Source: Microthyrium microscopicum
Taxonomy: Eukaryota
Direction of reading: 5' to 3'
Length of the DNA stretch: 64,000 nucleotides
NCBI GenBank assembly: GCA_010405405.1
Contig: MU004230.1
Coordinates: forward strand, 2,824,627-2,888,626
Positions 60,241-64,000 of the stretch are shown piece by piece. The notes under the pieces were generated by a model that was not told the origin of the DNA, did not search any database, and was given only the letters and a program-made list of their open reading frames with translations. How positions within the stretch are numbered: the stretch's first letter is position 1; each line of letters begins with the position of its first letter. The position numbers and the translations under genes were made by a program.

Positions 60241-62193
60241 ATGGCGTCGCCATCTTCTGAGTCGGTATTTTCTGAGGAGAGCTCGAATTCTCTGTTTGGC
60301 CTCGGTGCCGCGGATTTGTTGAGGAATCGGGTCTATATCCAGGTGCTTGGATCAAAGTACATGTATCCGGCTGCGCGAAAACCTGAATATTTCAACACCG
60401 AATTTGCAGCCAACTCAAACCAAACTACTGGAGTAGAGTTCGTTCTGAGACCGCCAACCATTACCGATGAGAATGAGTTGAAGACCTTATCAGCCACAGT
60501 ATACCGGCAATGGCTGAAAAAGCTCGAAACTTCGGCTTCAATGTTGGGCTGTCCAGAGATCCAGTTTGACGAGAAATTCAATTGTTTTGTTCTGTTCCTT
60601 CCTGGTCCTGAGGATCTTGTGCCTGACCTGGGCCTGGTTGCCGCATTGGATATCATCGAAAGTATTATTCTGGCTGAATGTGTTGCGAAACATCTCACAG
60701 AAGGAGGAGACGACAGACTTCATCTTGATCCAGATACAGGAGTAAACAAGTACTTTTGCCCACCACGACCAGTACCCGATGAGACAATTCAAAGAAGTTC
60801 TTGTACTTGTTCTGCGCCTTCGAGATGTGGTTTTGTGACTGCATGCAACCTTTTGCAACAAATCTGGCTTGGTGCAATCGATTTCGACGATGCTTGCGAG
60901 GATGTTCGGACGAAAATGAAAAGAGCTTTGAGACTGGAAACGCCGTCTTACGAAGTCATACTTCATCCATCTGGCTCCGATGCCGAGTTGCTGCCACTAG
61001 CTTATGCGCTTTCCAAGGCCAGGGCTATAGGGTGTAGTAATATTGTCAATATCGTTGTCGCCGCGGGAGAAGTAGGCTCGGGAACAGCAGCGGCAGCAGG
61101 AGGTTTGCATTTCAATGAGTATGTGCCAAGTGGAAGACTGGTCAAATCTGGCGAGAGAGTCACTGGGTTTCCAACAAATACTGTGGTTATAGACATTCCA
61201 CCGCGAACATCCACTGGCTGTCTTGTGTTCAATTACGATAACGAGTTAAAGGAGAGGGTCGAAGCTGCCTGCAAAAGCTATTCCAACCCATTTTTTGTGA
61301 TCCACGCAGTCGATGGTTCCAAAACTGGTCTGCGGCTGCCGAGCCAGTCGGTACTGGATGCTCTGCGGCAGCGATTAAAGGAGCGGCTTTTGGTGGTATT
61401 GGATGCTTGTCAAGGCCGGAGCGATGGCCAAGAGCTGGATTGGTATCTGAGTCGGGAGGCAATGGTTCTCGTAACGGCAAGCAAGTTTTTCGGGGCACCT
61501 GGATTCTGCGGTGCCGTGTTAGTACCGCAAGAGATATCTCTGCATCTGGAAACTTACAAACTGGATGTTTCTGGCCTGGGGGATTATATTACAAAGTATG
61601 AGATTGCGCATTCTCTACCCAGGCTCCGCCACAGCCTTCCCGAAGGGCCAAAAAACATTGGACTCCTTCTTCGCTGGGCATGTGGTGTGACTGAGATGGA
61701 ACGGTTTACAGAGATGGGTAGCGCAGCTCGCCATGTCATTAGGCAATGGGTCGAGGTCGTTGAGCGCCAAGTTAAGAAGCGAAACCCCTATCTGGAGTTG
61801 CTCGACAACCAGCAGAGGCAGCCCAAAACAAGGCGCGACGTGACCCGTCTGGGAGGCTACAATTCAGTTATTTCAATCAAAATTCTAGGGCCAGATGGAA
61901 CTCACTACCTTGACACAGCGAAACTACGCCGCATCCACCAGCTGTTGACAATCGACGCCTCCCGCCTCCTCCCTGAGGACACCCCGCCCGATGATATACA
62001 GAAGGTTATAGTACAGTGCTATGTTGGTCAGCCAGTGAATCTTGGAAAATTCGGGGTATTACGGATGGCCATGGGTGCTCCGCTCGCGTGCGATTTGGCA
62101 ATTGATATGGATCGGTTTGAGGTCGTGGTAAGGAAGGATGAACAAGTGCTTGATAAAATGATGGTTCTCGCTAAATATTATGAGAGAATATAA
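60241..62193 (+). CDS. Intronless fold-type-I PLP-dependent enzyme (class V-like motifs), uncharacterised family, with an extra N-terminal domain
   Basis: 650-codon ORF from ATG 60241. Motifs PSGSDAE (phosphate-binding-like), LDACQGR (D-A-x-Q) and VTASKFFGAPGFCGAVLVP (putative Schiff-base Lys at 61483-61485), plus GGDDRL..DPDTGVNKYFCPPRP and GLLLRW. Confidence 0.75.
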   Translation: MASPSSESVFSEESSNSLFGLGAADLLRNRVYIQVLGSKYMYPAARKPEYFNTEFAANSNQTTGVEFVLRPPTITDENELKTLSATVYRQWLKKLETSASMLGCPEIQFDEKFNCFVLFLPGPEDLVPDLGLVAALDIIESIILAECVAKHLTEGGDDRLHLDPDTGVNKYFCPPRPVPDETIQRSSCTCSAPSRCGFVTACNLLQQIWLGAIDFDDACEDVRTKMKRALRLETPSYEVILHPSGSDAELLPLAYALSKARAIGCSNIVNIVVAAGEVGSGTAAAAGGLHFNEYVPSGRLVKSGERVTGFPTNTVVIDIPPRTSTGCLVFNYDNELKERVEAACKSYSNPFFVIHAVDGSKTGLRLPSQSVLDALRQRLKERLLVVLDACQGRSDGQELDWYLSREAMVLVTASKFFGAPGFCGAVLVPQEISLHLETYKLDVSGLGDYITKYEIAHSLPRLRHSLPEGPKNIGLLLRWACGVTEMERFTEMGSAARHVIRQWVEVVERQVKKRNPYLELLDNQQRQPKTRRDVTRLGGYNSVISIKILGPDGTHYLDTAKLRRIHQLLTIDASRLLPEDTPPDDIQKVIVQCYVGQPVNLGKFGVLRMAMGAPLACDLAIDMDRFEVVVRKDEQVLDKMMVLAKYYERI

Positions 62194-62255
62194 ACTTACC
62201 CATTTAAGGCGCCCCCATGGGCCAAGACATTCACATGATGGTGCTGTTTACCAAG

Positions 62256-62546
62256 TCAGTAATTGTCCAGTTCCAATTGCCATGGAAGTTTGCCACGAAG
62301 AGCAGCTGTGAACCTCTTAAGAGGGTAGCGATGTAAATTTAATACCATGGATGCAACCACCAGCTCTGGCTTTTGAATGGCCATGTCCCAAAAGAACTTA
62401 CGCCAATAGGCATCGCGTAACAGGTCCAAATGAACCGCCAAATACAACAAAATCTCCGGGGCGAATACGACAAGAACGAAGACGACGGCCGCCATCCAAA
62501 CTAGTAGGCGGGTTATGGCGCGCATAATGCGCTGGAGGAATGGCAT
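62256..62546 (-). CDS. Small hypothetical membrane protein, 96 aa
   Basis: ATG in aatATG context after a (GCAACA)n leader. One strong hydrophobic segment (LLVWMAAVVFVLVVFAPEILLYLAV). No recognised family. Confidence 0.45.
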   Translation of the reverse strand: MPFLQRIMRAITRLLVWMAAVVFVLVVFAPEILLYLAVHLDLLRDAYWRKFFWDMAIQKPELVVASMVLNLHRYPLKRFTAALRGKLPWQLELDNY

Positions 62547-64000
62547 ATTGCCTTGTTGCTGTTGCTGTTGCTATTGCTGTGATGAGTGATTGTGGTCGAC
62601 AGGTTTGAAGGTCTTGGAGTTGCTCAACAAGTTGATGTTGTGGGAAGACTGGAAGTGTCAATTTCGAATTTGGGGAGCAACACGGGGGTAATGCTGAAAA
62701 TAACAACCGCAAGTGGATGACCGATACACGTTGTTCATGCTTCTCCCCTGAGTAGTTCTTTCTAGGATAATACATATGGTTTCACTCTGAATAGCCTCTC
62801 AATTCCATTACGTTTATATACATTTGCCAACTACGCAATACAGCATGAAGCTTTATTATTCGCGGCACTGATAGCCAGAATCGCCAAGCCTGAGCTTGTC
62901 ATGCTTGTAGCGTCCTAGGTCTTCGAAATCGTCCACAATGGCTCACTGACCAACTCCCAAACACCCTCCTATCTGCTTAGCATAATCACACCCACATTGT
63001 TTAAACATTCCAAAACTCCTCGCGTCCACTATATACAATCGCACAAAGCGCCGGGGATAGTTTTTATTAGTTTTGAGGTTGGTGGTGCGAAGTGACGCGG
63101 CTTGTTGACAACCTGTTGTCGAAACTTGACCAGCCAAAATCGCATCGAAGAATGGATTTTTGGTCTATTTCTTCGAAACAACTTCACGGATACAGTTGAG
63201 CTTCATCTTAATAGCCAGCTCCGCTTCATATTCACGTCGCTGCATGTCGGATAGTCTCACTCTCGTCCCAAGGTATGACATCGCTAGTCTCATTTTCAGC
63301 ACACTGCGTGCTCAAAATCCGCTCAAATTCGCGTTTTGCACCTTCTGCCCTAATAACTGACTTAAATATCAGGCTGAGATAACTCGAAGCTTCATCCACT
63401 CTTCAATCTCCAGGATTGGCCTAACAGCATCTTTCAGCCTCACACAAGCATCCCGATAACCTTCATATTGACCAGTAAGTCTCAATGTCCTGTAGCTCCA
63501 TAACACTCCATGGCTAGCATAGAACGCCACGGTGTTACGTGCCCGAAGAACCGTCTATCTCTTTCAGCGCGTGCTGGCTGGCTTCTACAAGATTCTTACA
63601 TCAACCTTACACTGACGAATAATTTAGTCAAAGCCTCTGAAGTACGTTTTCCCATTACGCTTTTTTCCAACTGCTTTTCATGATGATCAAACATTATTCC
63701 AAAAGAGTCTTCATGCTTAGCGCCTGTTGACGGTGAAAACAACACAAATGCTATTTTCTGAACAGTCAAAGCTCACAGCTGCTGGTATTTCTACTTACAT
63801 GGCGACATGCTAATACGTCTAGGAACAACAATTCTTTCAAATCAAATTGAGATAGAACTCTCTTCCGAATCCAGTTTCGGTTCGCTTTCCTTTCGATCGA
63901 CTCTGACGACCGGCGGCACATCTCCGGACCTGGAATACCACCCCCATCCTCCTCGTCGAATCCTCAATAACAAAAAGTGCAAATAATTCAAGTAGGTACA

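Noticed and set aside
62943..64000. Fragmented minus-strand coding-like sequence at the window end
   Set aside because: Multiple stops and no recognisable domain; context beyond the window is needed.
1..64000. CRISPR arrays, rRNA, tRNA, LTR retroelements, secondary-metabolite cluster
   Set aside because: Eukaryotic sequence with no repeat-spacer arrays, and no rRNA/tRNA, gag-pol or PKS/NRPS/terpene synthase genes recognised by eye. A small RNA gene could have been missed.

Overview
Gene-dense stretch of a filamentous ascomycete (Pezizomycotina) nuclear genome, inferred from short GT-AG introns with CTAAC/CTGAC branch points, fungal gene families and a RIP-mutated transposon. Housekeeping and conserved genes: GH35 beta-galactosidase (5' part outside the window), Mediator Med1, GH28 endopolygalacturonase, Cdt1-like factor, Ser/Thr-rich membrane protein, UPF0187/bestrophin channel, SDR, mitochondrial Obg GTPase, dynactin p27, ATP synthase gamma, topoisomerase I, NAD-dependent epimerase, Cwc24, TBC Rab-GAP, opsin-related protein, Gpi2/PIG-C, OPT transporter and PDK1/Pkh kinase. 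Accessory features: a 238-bp MITE with perfect 35-bp TIRs and TA duplications; a RIP-inactivated hAT transposase; a frameshifted RecQ helicase with a stand-alone DnaJ-type zinc-finger microprotein gene on each side; a HET-domain pseudogene; a small protein with a possible PemK/MazF-like fold; and an intronless fold-type-I PLP enzyme of an unusual, possibly non-fungal family. All calls come from reading motifs by eye with no database search, and intron coordinates are approximate.
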